The translations under genes were made by a program, and so were the position numbers. From the NCBI GenBank assembly GCA_964016885.1, contig OZ024764.1, positions 27,900,001 through 27,964,000 on the forward strand: a stretch of 64,000 nucleotides of DNA. Direction: 5' to 3'. How positions within the stretch are numbered: position 1 is the stretch's first letter; each line of letters opens with the position of its first letter. The notes below the pieces were generated by a model, which was not told the origin of the DNA, ran no database searches, and worked only from the letters and a program-made list of their open reading frames with translations. This stretch comes from Eledone cirrhosa. Lineage: Eukaryota. Of the stretch, positions 50,301-63,400 are shown in pieces.

Positions 50301-53300
50301 AACGAGAGAGAGGAAGACAGATATGAAACGAGAGAGAGAGAGAGCGAGATGAAACGAGAGAGAGGAAGAGAGAGAGCGCGAGATGAAAGTCTGTCATGTA
50401 ATGTTATGGACATATCTGCCCTTGGGGCTAATAATTGTCATGTAATGTTATGGACATATCTACCCTTGGGGCTAATAATTGTCATGTAATGTTATGTACA
50501 TCTCTGCCCCTGTGGCAAATAATTCTGTCATGTAATGTTATGGACTTCTCTGTCCCTGTGGCTAATAATTATGTCATGTAATGTTATGGACATCTCTGCC
50601 CCTGTGGCTAATAATTCTGTCATGTAATGTTATGGACATCTCTGCCCCTGTGGCTAATAAATTCGTCATTTAATGTTAGGGACATCTCTGCCCCTGTGGC
50701 TAATAAATCTGTCATGTAATGTTATGGACATCTCTGCCCCTGTGGCTAATAATTCTGACATGTAATGTTATGGATATCTCTGCCCCTGTGGCTAATAATT
50801 CTGAGAGAGATGAAACAAGTGAGGGATAAGAGAGAGATGAAACAAATGAGGGATTAGAGTGTTGAAACAAGAGAGAGAGAGGAAGAGAGAGTGAGAGCGA
50901 GATCAAACGAGAGAGAGAGAGCGAGATGAAATGAGAGAGTGAGAGCGAGATCAAACGAGAGAGAGAGAGCGAGATGAAATGAGAGAGCGAGAGCGAGATG
51001 AAATGAGAGAGAGAGAGCGAGATGAAACGAGACAGAGAGAGCGAGATGAAACGAGAGAGAGAGAGAGCGAAATGAAACGAGACAGATTAGAGCGAGATGA
51101 AACGAGAGAGAGAGAGCGAGATGAAATGAGAGAGAGAGAGCGAGATGAAACGAGAGAGTGAGAGCTAGAGGAAACGAGAGAGAGAGGAAACGAGAGAGAG
51201 GATACGAGAGAGAGGAAACGAGAGTAGAGAGCGAGATGAAACAGGAGAGAGAGAGCGAGATGAAACAGGAGAGAGAGAGCCAGATGAAACGAGAGGGAGA
51301 GAGAGATGAAACGAGAGAGCGAGAGAGAGATAGAGGGAGATGAAACGACAGAGAGAGAGACAGATGAAACGAGGGAGATAGAGATGAAACGAGAGAGAGA
51401 GATGAAACGAGAGAGAGGAAGAGAGAGATGGAACGAGAGAGAGGAAGAGAGAGATGGAACGAGAGAGAGGAAGACAGAGAAGAAACGAGAGAGAGAGAGA
51501 GCGAGATGAAACGAGAGAGAGGAAGAGAGAACGCGAGATGAAACGAGAGAGAGAGAGAGCAAGATGAAACGAGAGAGAGGAAGAGAGAGAGCGCAAGATG
51601 AAACGAGAGAGAGAGCGCGAGATGAAAGTCTGTCATGTAATGTTATGGACATATCTGCCCTTGGGGCTAATAATTGTCATGTAATGTTATGGAAATCTCT
51701 GCCTCTGTGGCTAATAATTCTTTCATGTAATGTTATGGACATCTCTGCCCCTGTGGCTAATAATTCTGTCATGTAATGTTATGGACATCTCTGCCCCTGT
51801 GGCTAATAAATCTGTCATGTAATGTTATGGACATCTCTGCCCCTGCGGCTAATAATTCTGACATGTAATGTTATGGACATCTCTGCCCCTGTGGCTAATA
51901 AATATGACATGTAATGTTATGGACATCTCTGCCCCTGTGGCTAATAAATCTGTCATGTAATGTTATGGACATCTCTGCCCCTGTGGCTAATAATTCTGAC
52001 ATGTAATGTTATGGACATCTCTGCCCCTGTGGCTAATAATTCTGAGAGAGATGAAACAAGTGAGGGATTAGAGAGAGATGAAACAAGTGAGGGATTAGAG
52101 TGTTGAAACAAGAGAGAGAGAGAGGAAGAGAGAGTGAGAGCGAAATCAAACGAGAGAGAGCGAGATGAAATGAGAGAGTGAGAGCGAGATGAAACGAGAG
52201 AGAAAGAGAGAGCGAGATGAAATGAGAGAGAGACAGCGAGATGAAATGAGAGAGAGAGAGCGAGATGAAACGAGACAGAGAGAGCGGGATGAAACGAGAC
52301 AGAGAGAGCGAGAGCGAGATGAAACGAGACAGAGAGAGCGAGATGAAACGAGAGAGAGAGAGCGAGATGAAATGAGAGAGAGAGAGCGAGATGAAATGAG
52401 AGAGAGAGAGCGAGATGAAACGAGAGAGTGAGAGCGAGATGGAACGAGACAGAGAGAGCGAGATGAAACGAGAGTGGGAGAGCTAGATGAAACGAGAGAG
52501 AGAGGAAACGAGAGAGACGAAACGAGAGAGAGGAAACGAGAGTAGAGAGCGAGATGAAACAGGAGAGAGAGAGCGAGATGAAACAGGAGAGAGAGAGCGA
52601 GATGAAACGAGAGGGAGAGAGAGATGAAACGAGAGAGCGAGAGAGAGATAGAGGGAGATGAAACGACAGAGAGAGAGACAGATGAAACGAGGGAGATAGA
52701 GATGAAACGAGAGAGAGAGATGAAACGAGAGAGAGGAAGAGAGAGATGGAACGAGAGAGAGGAAGGGAGAGATGGAACGAGAGAGAGGAAGACAGAGATG
52801 AAACGAGAGAGAGAGAGAGCAAGATGAAACGAGAGAGAGAGATGAAACGAGAGAGAGGAAGAGAGAGATGGAACGAGAGAGAGGAAGAGAGAGATGGAAC
52901 GAGCGAGAGGAAGACAGAGATGAAACGAGACAGAGAGAGATCGAGATGAAACGAGAGAGAGGAAGAGAGAGAGCGCAAGATGAAACGAGAGAGAGAGAGA
53001 GAGCGAGATGAAACGAGAGAGAGGAAGAGAGAGAGCGCGAGATGAAACGAGAGAGAGGAAGAGAGAGAGCGCGAGATGAAATGAGAGAGAGAGAGCGAGA
53101 TGAAATGAGAGATTGAGAGTGAGATGAAACGAGAGAGTGAGAGAGAGCGAGATGAAATGACAGAGAGAGAGCGAGATGAAATGAGAGAGAGAGAGCGAGA
53201 TGAAACGAGACAGAGAGAGCGGGATGAAACGAGACGGAGATATCGAGATGAAATGAGAGAGAGAGAGCGAGATGAAATGAGAGAGAGAGAGCGAGATGAA

Positions 53301-56300
53301 ACGAGAGAGTGAGAGCGAGATGGAACGAGTCAGAGAGAGCGAGATGAAACGAGAGAGTGAGAGCTAGATGAAACGAGAGAGAGAGGAAACGGGAGAGAGA
53401 GGAAACGAGAGAGAGGAAACGAGAGAGAGGAAACGAGAGTAGAGAGCAAGATGAAACAGGAGAGAGAGAGAGCGAGATGAAACCGGAGAGAGAGAGCGAG
53501 AGCGAGATGAAACGAGAGGGAGGGAGAGATGAAACGAGAGAGCGAGAGAGAGATAGAGGGAGATGAAACGAGAGAGTGATAGCTAGATGAAACGAGAGAG
53601 AGAGGAATAGAGAGATGGAACGAGAGAGAGGAAGACAGATATGAAACGAGAGAGAGAGAGAGCGAGATGAAACGAGAGAGAGGAAGAGAGAGAGCGCGAG
53701 ATGAAACGAGAGAGAGAGAGCGAGATGAAACGAGAGAGAGAGCGAGATGAAACGAGAGAGAGGAAGAGAGAGAGCGCGAGATGAAAGTCTGTCATGTAAT
53801 GTTATGGACATATCTGCCCTTGGGGCTAATAATTGTCATGTAATGTTATGGACATATCTACCCTTGGGGCTAATAATTGTCATGTAATGTTATGTACATC
53901 TCTGCCCCTGTGGCAAATAATTCTGTCATGTAATGTTATGGACACCTCTGTCCCTGTGGCTAATAATTATGTCATGTAATGTTATGGACATCTCTGCCCC
54001 TGTGGCTAATAATTCTGTCATGTAATGTTATGGACATCTCTGCCCCTGTGGATAATAAATTCGTCATGTAATGTTATGGACATCTCTGCCCCTGTGGCTA
54101 ATAAATCTGTCATGTAATGTTTTGGACATCTCTTCCCCTGTGGCTAATAATTCTGACATGTAATGTTATGGATATCTCTGCCCCTGTGGCTAATAATTCT
54201 GAGAGAGATGAAACAAGTGAGGGATAAGAGAGAGATGAAACAAGTGAGGGATTAGAGTGTTGAAACAAGAGAGAGAGAGGAAGAGAGAGTGAGAGCGAGA
54301 TCAAACGAGAGAGAGAGAGCGAGATGAAATGAGAGAGTGAGAGCGAGATGAAACGAGAGAGAGAGAGAGCGAGATGAAATGAGAGAGAGAGAGCGAGATG
54401 AAATGAGAGAGAGAGAGCGAGATGAAACGAGACAGAGAGAGCTAGGTGAAACGAGAGAGAGAGAGAGCGAAATGAAACGAGACAGATTAGAGCGAGATGA
54501 AACGAGAGAGAGAGAGCAAGATGAAATGAGAGAGAGAGAGCGAGATGAAACGAGAGAGTGAGAGCTAGAGGAAACGATAGAGAGAGGAAACGAGAGAGAG
54601 AAGAAACGAGAGAGAGGATACGAGAGAGAGGAAACGAGAGTAGAGAGCGAGATGAAACAGGAGAGAGAGAGCGAGATGAAACAGGAGAGAGAGAGCGAGA
54701 TGAAACGAGAGGGAGAGTGAGATGAAACGAGAGAGCGAGAGAGAGATAGAGGGAGATGAAACGACAGAGAGAGAGACAGATGAAACGAGGGAGATAGAGA
54801 TGAAACGAGAGAGAGAGATGAAACGAGAGAGAGGAAGAGAGAGATGGAACGAGAGAGAGGAAGAGAGAGATGGAACGAGAGAGAGGAAGACAGAGATGAA
54901 ACGAGAGAGAGAGAGAGCGAGATGAAACGAGAGAGAGGAAGAGAGAGAACGCGAGATGAAACGAGAGAGAGAGCAAGATGAAACGAGAGAGAGGAAGAGA
55001 GAGAGCGCAAGATGAAACGAGAGAGAGAGAGCGCGAGATGAAAGTCTGTCATGTAATGTTATGGACATATCTGCCCTTGGGGCTAATAATTGTCATGTAA
55101 TGTTATGGAAATCTCTGCCCCTGTGGCTAATAATTCTGTCATGTAATGTTATGGACATCTCTGCCCCTGTGGCTAATAATTCTGTCATGTAATGTTATGG
55201 ACATCTCTGCCCCTGTGGCTAATAAATCTGTCATGTAATGTTATGGACATCTCTGCCCCTGTGGCTAATAATTCTGACATGTAATGTTATGGACATCTCT
55301 GCCCCTGTGGCTAATAAATATGACATGTAATGTTATGGACATCTCTGCCCCTGTGGCTAATAAATCTGTCATGTAATGTTATGGACATCTCTGCCCCTGT
55401 GGCTAATAATTCTGACATGTAATGTTATGGACATCTCTGCCCCTGTGGCTAATAAATCTGTCATGTAATGTTATGGACATCTCTGCCCCTGTGGCTAATA
55501 ATTCTGACATGTAATGTTATGGACATCTCTGCCCCTGTGGCTAATAATTCTGTCATGTAATGTTATGGACATCTCTGCCCCTGTGGCTAATAAATTTGTC
55601 ATGTAATGTTATGGACATCTCTGCCCCTGTGGCGAATAAACCTGTCATGTAATGTTATGGACATCTCTGCCCCTGTGGCTAATAATTCTGACATGTAATG
55701 TTATGGATATCTCTGCCCCTGTGGCTAATAATTCTGAGAGAGATGAAACAAGTGAGGGATAAGAGAGAGATGAAACAAATGAGGGATTAGAGTGTTGAAA
55801 CAAGAGAGAGAGAGGAAGAGAGAGTGAGAGCGAGATCAAACGAGAGAGAGAGAGCGAGATGAAATGAGAGAGTGAGAGCGAGATCAAACGAGAGAGAGAG
55901 AGCGAGATGAAATGAGAGAGCGAGAGCGAGATGAAATGAGAGAGAGAGAGCGAGATGAAACGAGACAGAGAGAGCGAGATGAAACGAGAGAGAGAGAGAG
56001 AGCGAAATGAAACGAGACAGATTAGAGCGAGATGAAACGAGAGAGAGAGAGCGAGATGAAATGAGAGAGAGAGAGCGAGATGAAACGAGAGAGTGAGAGC
56101 TAGAGGAAACGAGAGAGAGAGGAAACGAGAGAGAGGATACGAGAGAGAGGAAACGAGAGTAGAGAGCGAGATGAAACAGGAGAGAGAGAGCGAGATGAAA
56201 CAGGAGAGAGAGAGCGAGATGAAACGAGAGGGAGAGAGAGATGAAACGAGAGAGCGAGAGAGAGATGGAGGGAGATGAAACGACAGAGAGAGAGACAGAT

Positions 56301-59300
56301 GAAACGAGGGAGATAGAGATGAAACGAGAGAGAGAGATGAAACGAGAGAGAGGAAGAGAGAGATGGAACGAGAGAGAGGAAGAGAGAGATGGAACGAGAG
56401 AGAGGAAGACAGAGATGAAACGAGAGGGAGATAGAGCGAGATGAAACGAGAGAGAGGAAGAGAGAACGCGAGATGAAACGAGAGAGAGAGAGAGCAAGAT
56501 GAAACGAGAGAGAGGAAGAGAGAGAGCGCAAGATGAAACGAGAGAGAGAGCGCGAGATGAAAGTCTGTCATGTAATGTTATGGACATATCTGCCCTTGGG
56601 GCTAATAATTGTCATGTAATGTTATGGAAATCTCTGCCTCTGTGGCTAATAATTCTTTCATGTAATGTTATGGACATCTCTGCCCCTGTGGCTAATAATT
56701 CTGTCATGTAATGTTATGGACATCTCTGCCCCTGTGGCTAATAAATCTGTCATGTAATGTTATGGACATCTCTGCCCCTGTGGCTAATAATTCTGACATG
56801 TAATTTTATGGACATCTCTGCCCCTGTGGCTAATAAATATGACATGTAATGTTATGGACATCTCTGCCCCTGTGGCTAATAAATCTGTCATGTAATGTTA
56901 TGGACATCTCTGCCCCTGTGGCTAATAATTCTGACATGTAATGTTATGGACATCTCTGCCCCTGTGGCTAATAATTCTGAGAGAGATGAAACAAGTGAGG
57001 GATTAGAGAGAGATGAAACAAGTGAGGGATTAGAGTGTTGAAACAAGAGAGAGAGAGAGGAAGAGAGAGTGAGAGCGAAATCAAACGAGAGAGAGCGAGA
57101 TGAAATGAGAGAGTGAGAGCGAGATGAAACGAGAGAGAGAGAGAGAGCGAGATGAAATGAGAGAGAGAGAGCGAGATGAAATGAGAGAGAGAGAGCGAGA
57201 TGAAACGAGACAGAGAGAGCGGGATGAAACGAGACAGAGAGAGCGAGAGCGAGATGAAACGAGACAGAGAGAGCGAGATGAAACGAGAGAGAGAGAGCGA
57301 GATGAAATGAGAGAGAGAGAGAGAGATGAAATGAGAGAGAGAGAGCGAGATGAAACGAGAGAGTGAGAGCGAGATGGAACGAGACAGAGAGAGCGAGATG
57401 AAACGAGAGTGGGAGAGCTAGATGAAACGAGAGAGAGAGGAAACGAGAGAGACGAAACGAGAGAGAGGAAACGAGAGTAGAGAGCGAGATGAAACAGGAG
57501 AGAGAGAGCGAGATGAAACAGGAGAGAGAGAGCGAGATGAAACGAGAGGGAGAGAGAGATGAAACGAGAGAGCGAGAGAGAGATAGAGGGAGATGAAACG
57601 ACAGAGAGAGAGACAGATGAAACGAGGGAGATAGAGATGAAACGAGAGAGAGAGATGAAACGAGAGAGAGGAAGAGAGAGATGGAACGAGAGAGAGGAAG
57701 GGAGAGATGGAACGAGAGAGAGGAAGACAGAGATGAAACGAGAGAGAGAGAGAGCAAGATGAAACGAGAGAGAGAGATGAAACGAGAGAGAGGAAGAGAG
57801 AGATGGAACGAGAGAGAGGAAGAGAGAGATGGAACGAGCGAGAGGAAGACAGAGATGAAACGAGACAGAGAGAGATCGAGATGAAACGAGAGAGAGGAAG
57901 AGAGAGAGCGCAAGATGAAACGAGAGAGAGAGAGAGAGCGAGATGAAACGAGAGAGAGGAAGAGAGAGAGCGCGAGATGAAACGAGAGAGAGGAAGAGAG
58001 AGAGCGCGAGATGAAATGAGAGAGAGAGAGCGAGATGAAATGAGAGATTGAGAGTGAGATGAAACGAGAGAGTGAGAGAGAGCGAGATGAAATGACAGAG
58101 AGAGAGCGAGATGAAATGAGAGAGAGAGAGCGGGATGAAACGAGACAGAGAGATCGAGATGAAATGAGAGAGAGAGAGCGAGATGAAATGAGAGAGAGAG
58201 AGCGAGATGAAACGAGAGAGTGAGAGCGAGATGGAACGAGTCAGAGAGAGCGAGATGAAACGAGAGAGTGAGAGCTAGATGAAACGAGAGAGAGAGGAAA
58301 CGGGAGAGAGAGGAAACGAGAGAGAGGAAACGAGAGAGAGGAAACGAGAGTAGAGAGCAAGATGAAACAGGAGAGAGAGAGCGAGATGAAACCGGAGAGA
58401 GAGAGCGAGATGAAACGAGAGGGAGGGAGAGATGAAACGAGAGAGCGAGAGAGAGATAGAGGGAGATGAAACGAGAGAGTGATAGCTAGATGAAACGAGA
58501 GAGAGAGGAATAGAGAGATGGAACGAGAGAGAGGAAGACAGATATGAAACGAGAGAGAGAGAGAGCGAGATGAAACGAGAGAGAGGAAGAGAGAGAGCGC
58601 GAGATGAAACGAGAGAGAGAGAGCGAGATGAAACGAGAGAGAGAGCGAGATGAAACGAGAGAGAGGAAGAGAGAGAGCGCGAGATGAAAGTCTGTCATGT
58701 AATGTTATGGACATATCTGCCCTTGGGGCTAATAATTGTCATGTAATGTTATGGACATATCTACCCTTGGGGCTAATAATTGTCATGTAATGTTATGTAC
58801 ATCTCTGCCCCTGTGGCAAATAATTCTGTCATGTAATGTTATGGACACCTCTGTCCCTGTGGCTAATAATTATGTCATGTAATGTTATGGACATCTCTGC
58901 CCCTGTGGCTAATAATTCTGTCATGTAATGTTATGGACATCTCTGCCCCTGTGGCTAATAAATTCGTCATGTAATGTTATGGACATCTCTGCCCCTGTGG
59001 CTAATAAATCTGTCATGTAATGTTTTGGACATCTCTTCCCCTGTGGCTAATAATTCTGACATGTAATGTTATGGATATCTCTGCCCCTGTGGCTAATAAT
59101 TCTGAGAGAGATGAAACAAGTGAGGGATAAGAGAGAGATGAAACAAGTGAGGGATTAGAGTGTTGAAACAAGAGAGAGAGAGGAAGAGAGAGTGAGAGCG
59201 AGATCAAACGAGAGAGAGAGAGCGAGATGAAATGAGAGAGTGAGAGCGAGATGAAACGAGAGAGAGAGAGCGAGATGAAATGAGAGAGAGAGAGCGAGAT

Positions 59301-60454
59301 GAAATGAGAGAGAGAGAGCGAGATGAAACGAGACAGAGAGAGCGAGGTGAAACGAGAGAGAGAGAGAGCGAAATGAAACGAGACAGATTAGAGCGAGATG
59401 AAACGAGAGAGAGAGAGAGCAAGATGAAATGAGAGAGAGAGAGCGAGATGAAACGAGAGAGTGAGAGCTAGAGGAAACGATAGAGAGAGGAAACGAGAGA
59501 GAGAGGAAACGAGAGAGAGGATACGAGAGAGAGGAAACGAGAGTAGAGAGCGAGATGAAACAGGAGAGAGAGAGCGAGATGAAACAGGAGAGAGAGAGCG
59601 AGATGAAACGAGAGGGAGAGTGAGATGAAACGAGAGAGCGAGAGAGAGATAGAGGGAGATGAAACGACAGAGAGAGAGACAGATGAAACGAGGGAGATAG
59701 AGATGAAACGAGAGAGAGAGATGAAACGAGAGAGAGGAAGAGAGAGATGGAACGAGAGAGAGGAAGAGAGAGATGGAACGAGAGAGAGGAAGACAGAGAT
59801 GAAACGAGAGAGAGAGAGAGCGAGATGAAACGAGAGAGAGGAAGAGAGAGAACGCGAGATGAAACGAGAGAGAGAGCAAGATGAAACGAGAGAGAGGAAG
59901 AGAGAGAGCGCAAGATGAAACGAGAGAGAGAAAGCGCGAGATGGAAGTCTGTCATGTAATGTTATGGACATATCTGCCCTTGGGGCTAATAATTGTCATG
60001 TAATGTTATGGAAATCTCTGCCCCTGTGGCTAATAATTCTGTCATGTAATGTTATGGACATCTCTGCCCCTGTGGCTAATAATTCTGTCATGTAATGTTA
60101 TGGACATCTCTGCCCCTGTGGCTAATAAATCTGTCATGTAATGTTATGGACATCTCTGCCCCTGTGGCTAATAATTCTGACATGTAATGTTATGGACATC
60201 TCTGCCCCTGTGGCTAATAAATATGACATGTAATGTTATGGACATCTCTGCCCCTGTGGCTAATAAATCTGCCATGTAATGTTATGGACATCTCTGCCCC
60301 TGTGGCTAATAATTCTGACATGTAATGTTATGGACATCTCTGCCCCTGTGGCTAATAAATCTGTCATGTAATGTTATGGACATCTCTGCCCCTGTGGCTA
60401 ATAATTCTGCCATGTAATGTTATGGACATCTCTGCCCCTGTGGCTAATAATTCT
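47000..60454 (-). repeat. Composite satellite array (purine strand on +) with higher-order structure
   Basis: GA blocks start at about 47000, 48730, 50803, 52044, 54200, 55736, 56978 and 59104, each followed by about 9-15 inverted 46-mers. Confidence 0.97.
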
Positions 60455-63400
60455 GATTTATTAGCCACAGGGGCAGTGATGTCCATAACATTACATGACA
60501 GAATTATTAGCCACAGGGGCAGAGATTTCCATAACATTACATGTCAGAATTATTAGCCACAGGGGCAGAGATGTCCATAACATTACATGTCAGAATTATT
60601 AGCCACAGGGGCAGAGATGTCCATGACATTACATGACAGAATTATTAGCCACAGGGGCAGAGATGACCATAACATTACATGACACTTATTAGCCACAGGG
60701 GCAGATATGTCAATAACATTACATGACAGAGTTTCATCTTGCGCTCTCTCTCTCGTTTCATCTCGCTCTCCCTCTCTCTCGTTTCATCTCTGTCTTCCTC
60801 TCTCTCGTTTCATCTCGCTCTCTCTCTCTCTCGTTTCATCTCTGTCTTCCTCTCTCTCGTTCCATCTCTCTCTTCCTCTCTCTCGTTCCATCTCTCTCTT
60901 CCTCTCTTTCGTTTCATCTCTATCTCCCTTCTTTCATCTGTCTCTCTCTCTGTCGTTTCATCTCGCGCTCTCTCTCTCTCGTTTCATCTTGCGCTCTCTC
61001 TCTCTCGTTTCGTCTTGCTCTCTCTCTCTCTCGTTTCATCTCTGTCTTCCTCTCTCTCGTTCCATCTCTCTATTCCTCTCTCTCGTTCCATCTCTCTCAT
61101 CCTCTCTCTCGTTTCATCTCTATCTCCCTCCTTTCATCTGTCTCTCTCTCTGTCGTTTCATCTCGCGCTCTCTCTCTCTCGTTTCATCTTGCGCTCTCTC
61201 TCTCTCGTTTCATCTCGTTCTCTCTCTCGTTTCATCTCTGTCTTCCTCTCTCTCGTTCCATCTCTCTCTTCCTCTCTCTCGTTCCATCTCTCTCTTCCTC
61301 TCTCTCGTTTCATCTCTATCTCCCTTCTTTCATCTGTCTCGCTCTCTGTCGTTTCATCTCGCGCTCTCTCTCTCTCGTTTCATGTCGCGCTCTCTCTCTC
61401 TCGTTTCATCTCGCTCTCTCTCTCTCGTTTCATCTCTGTCTTCCTCTCTCTCGTGCCATCTCTCTCTTCCTCTCTCTCTTCCTCTCTCTCGTTTCATCTC
61501 TATCTCCCTTGTTTCATCTCTCTCTCGCTCTCTCGTTTCATCTCTCTCTCCCTCTCGTTTCATCTCGCTCTCTCTCTCTCCTGTTTCATCTCGCTCTCTC
61601 TCTCTCGTTTCATCTCTGTCTTCCTCTCTCTCGTTCCATCTCTGTCTTCCTCTCTCTGGTTCCATCTCTCGCTTCCTCTCTCTCGTTTCATCTCGCTCTC
61701 CCTCGTTTCATCTCTCTCTCGCTCTCTCGTTTCATCTCTCTCTCCCTCTCATTTCATCTCGCTCTCTCTCTCCTGTTTCATCTGGCTCTCTCTCTCTCCT
61801 GTTTCATCTCGCTCTCTACTCTCGTTTCCTCTCTCTCTCTCGTTTCATCTCTCTCTCCCTCCCGTTTCATCTCGCTCTCTCTCTCTCATTTCATCTCGCT
61901 CTCTCTCTCTCGTTTCATCTCGCTCTCCCTCTCTCGTTTCATCCCGCTCTCACTCTCTCATTTCTTCTCGCTCTCTCTCTCTTGTTTCAACACTCTAATC
62001 CCTCACTTGTTTACTATCTCTCAGAATTATTAGCCACAGGGGCAGAGATGACCATAACATTACATGTCAGAATTATTAGCCACAAGGGCAGAGATGTCCA
62101 TAACATTACATGACAGAATTATTAGCCACAGGGGCAGAGATGACCATAACATTACATGACAATTATTAGCCACAGGGGCAGATATGTCAATAACATTACA
62201 TGACAGAGTTTCATCTCGCGCTCTCTCTCTCTCGTTTCATCTTGCGCTCTCTCTCTCTCTCGTTTCATCTTGCTCTCTCTCTCTCGTTTCATCTCTGTCT
62301 TCCTCTCTCTCGTTCCATCTCTCTCTTCCTCTCTCTCGTTCCATCTCTCTCATCCTCTCTCTCGCTTCATCTCTATCTCCCTCCTTTCATCTGTCTCTCT
62401 CTCTGTCGTTTCATCTCGCGCTCTCTCTCTCTCGTTTCATCTCGCGCTCTCTCTGTCTCGTTTCATCTCGCTCTCTCTCTCTCTCGTTTCATCTCTGTCT
62501 TCCTCTCTCTCGTTCCATCTCTCTCTTCCTCTCTCTCGTTCCATCTCTCTCTTCCTCTCTCTCGTTTCATCTCTATCTCCCTCGTTTCATCTCTCTCTCG
62601 CTCTCTCGTTTCATCTCTCTCTCCCGCTCGTTTCTTTTCGCTCTCTCTCTCCTGTTTCATCTCGCTCTCTACTCTCGTTTCCTCTCTCTCATTTCCTCTC
62701 TCTCTCGTTTCCTCTCTGTCTCGTTTCATCTCGCTCTCTCTCTTTCTCGTTTGATCTCGCTCTCACTCTCTCGTTTCATCTCGCTTCTCTCACTCTCTTG
62801 TTTCATCTCGCTCTCTCTCTCTCTTCCTCTCTCTCTCTTGTTTCAACACTCTAATCCCTCACTTGTTTTATCTCTCTCTAATCCCTCACTTGGTTCATCT
62901 CTCTCAGAATTATTAGCCACAGGGGCAGAGATGTCCATAACATTACATGTCAGAATTATTAGCCACAGGGCAGAGATGTCCATAACATTACATGTCAGAA
63001 TTATTAGCCACTGGGGCAGAGATGTCCATAACATTACATGTCAGAATTATTAGCCACAGGGGTAGAGATGTCCATAACATTACATGACAGAATTATTAGC
63101 CACAGGGGCAGTGATGTCCATAACATTACATGACAATTATTAGCCCCAAGGGCAGATATGTCCATAACATTACATGACAGAGTTCCATCTCGCGCTCTCT
63201 CTCTTCCTCTCTCTCGTTTCATCTCGCTCTCTCTCTCTCTCGTTTCATCTCGCTCTCTCGTTTCATCTCGCTCTCTCGTTTCATCTCGCTCTCTCTCGTT
63301 TCATCTCTGTCTTCCTCTCTCTCGTTCCATCTCTCTCTTCCTCTCTCTCGTTCCATCTCTCTCTTCCTCTCTCTCGTTTCATTTCTATCTCCCTCCTTTC

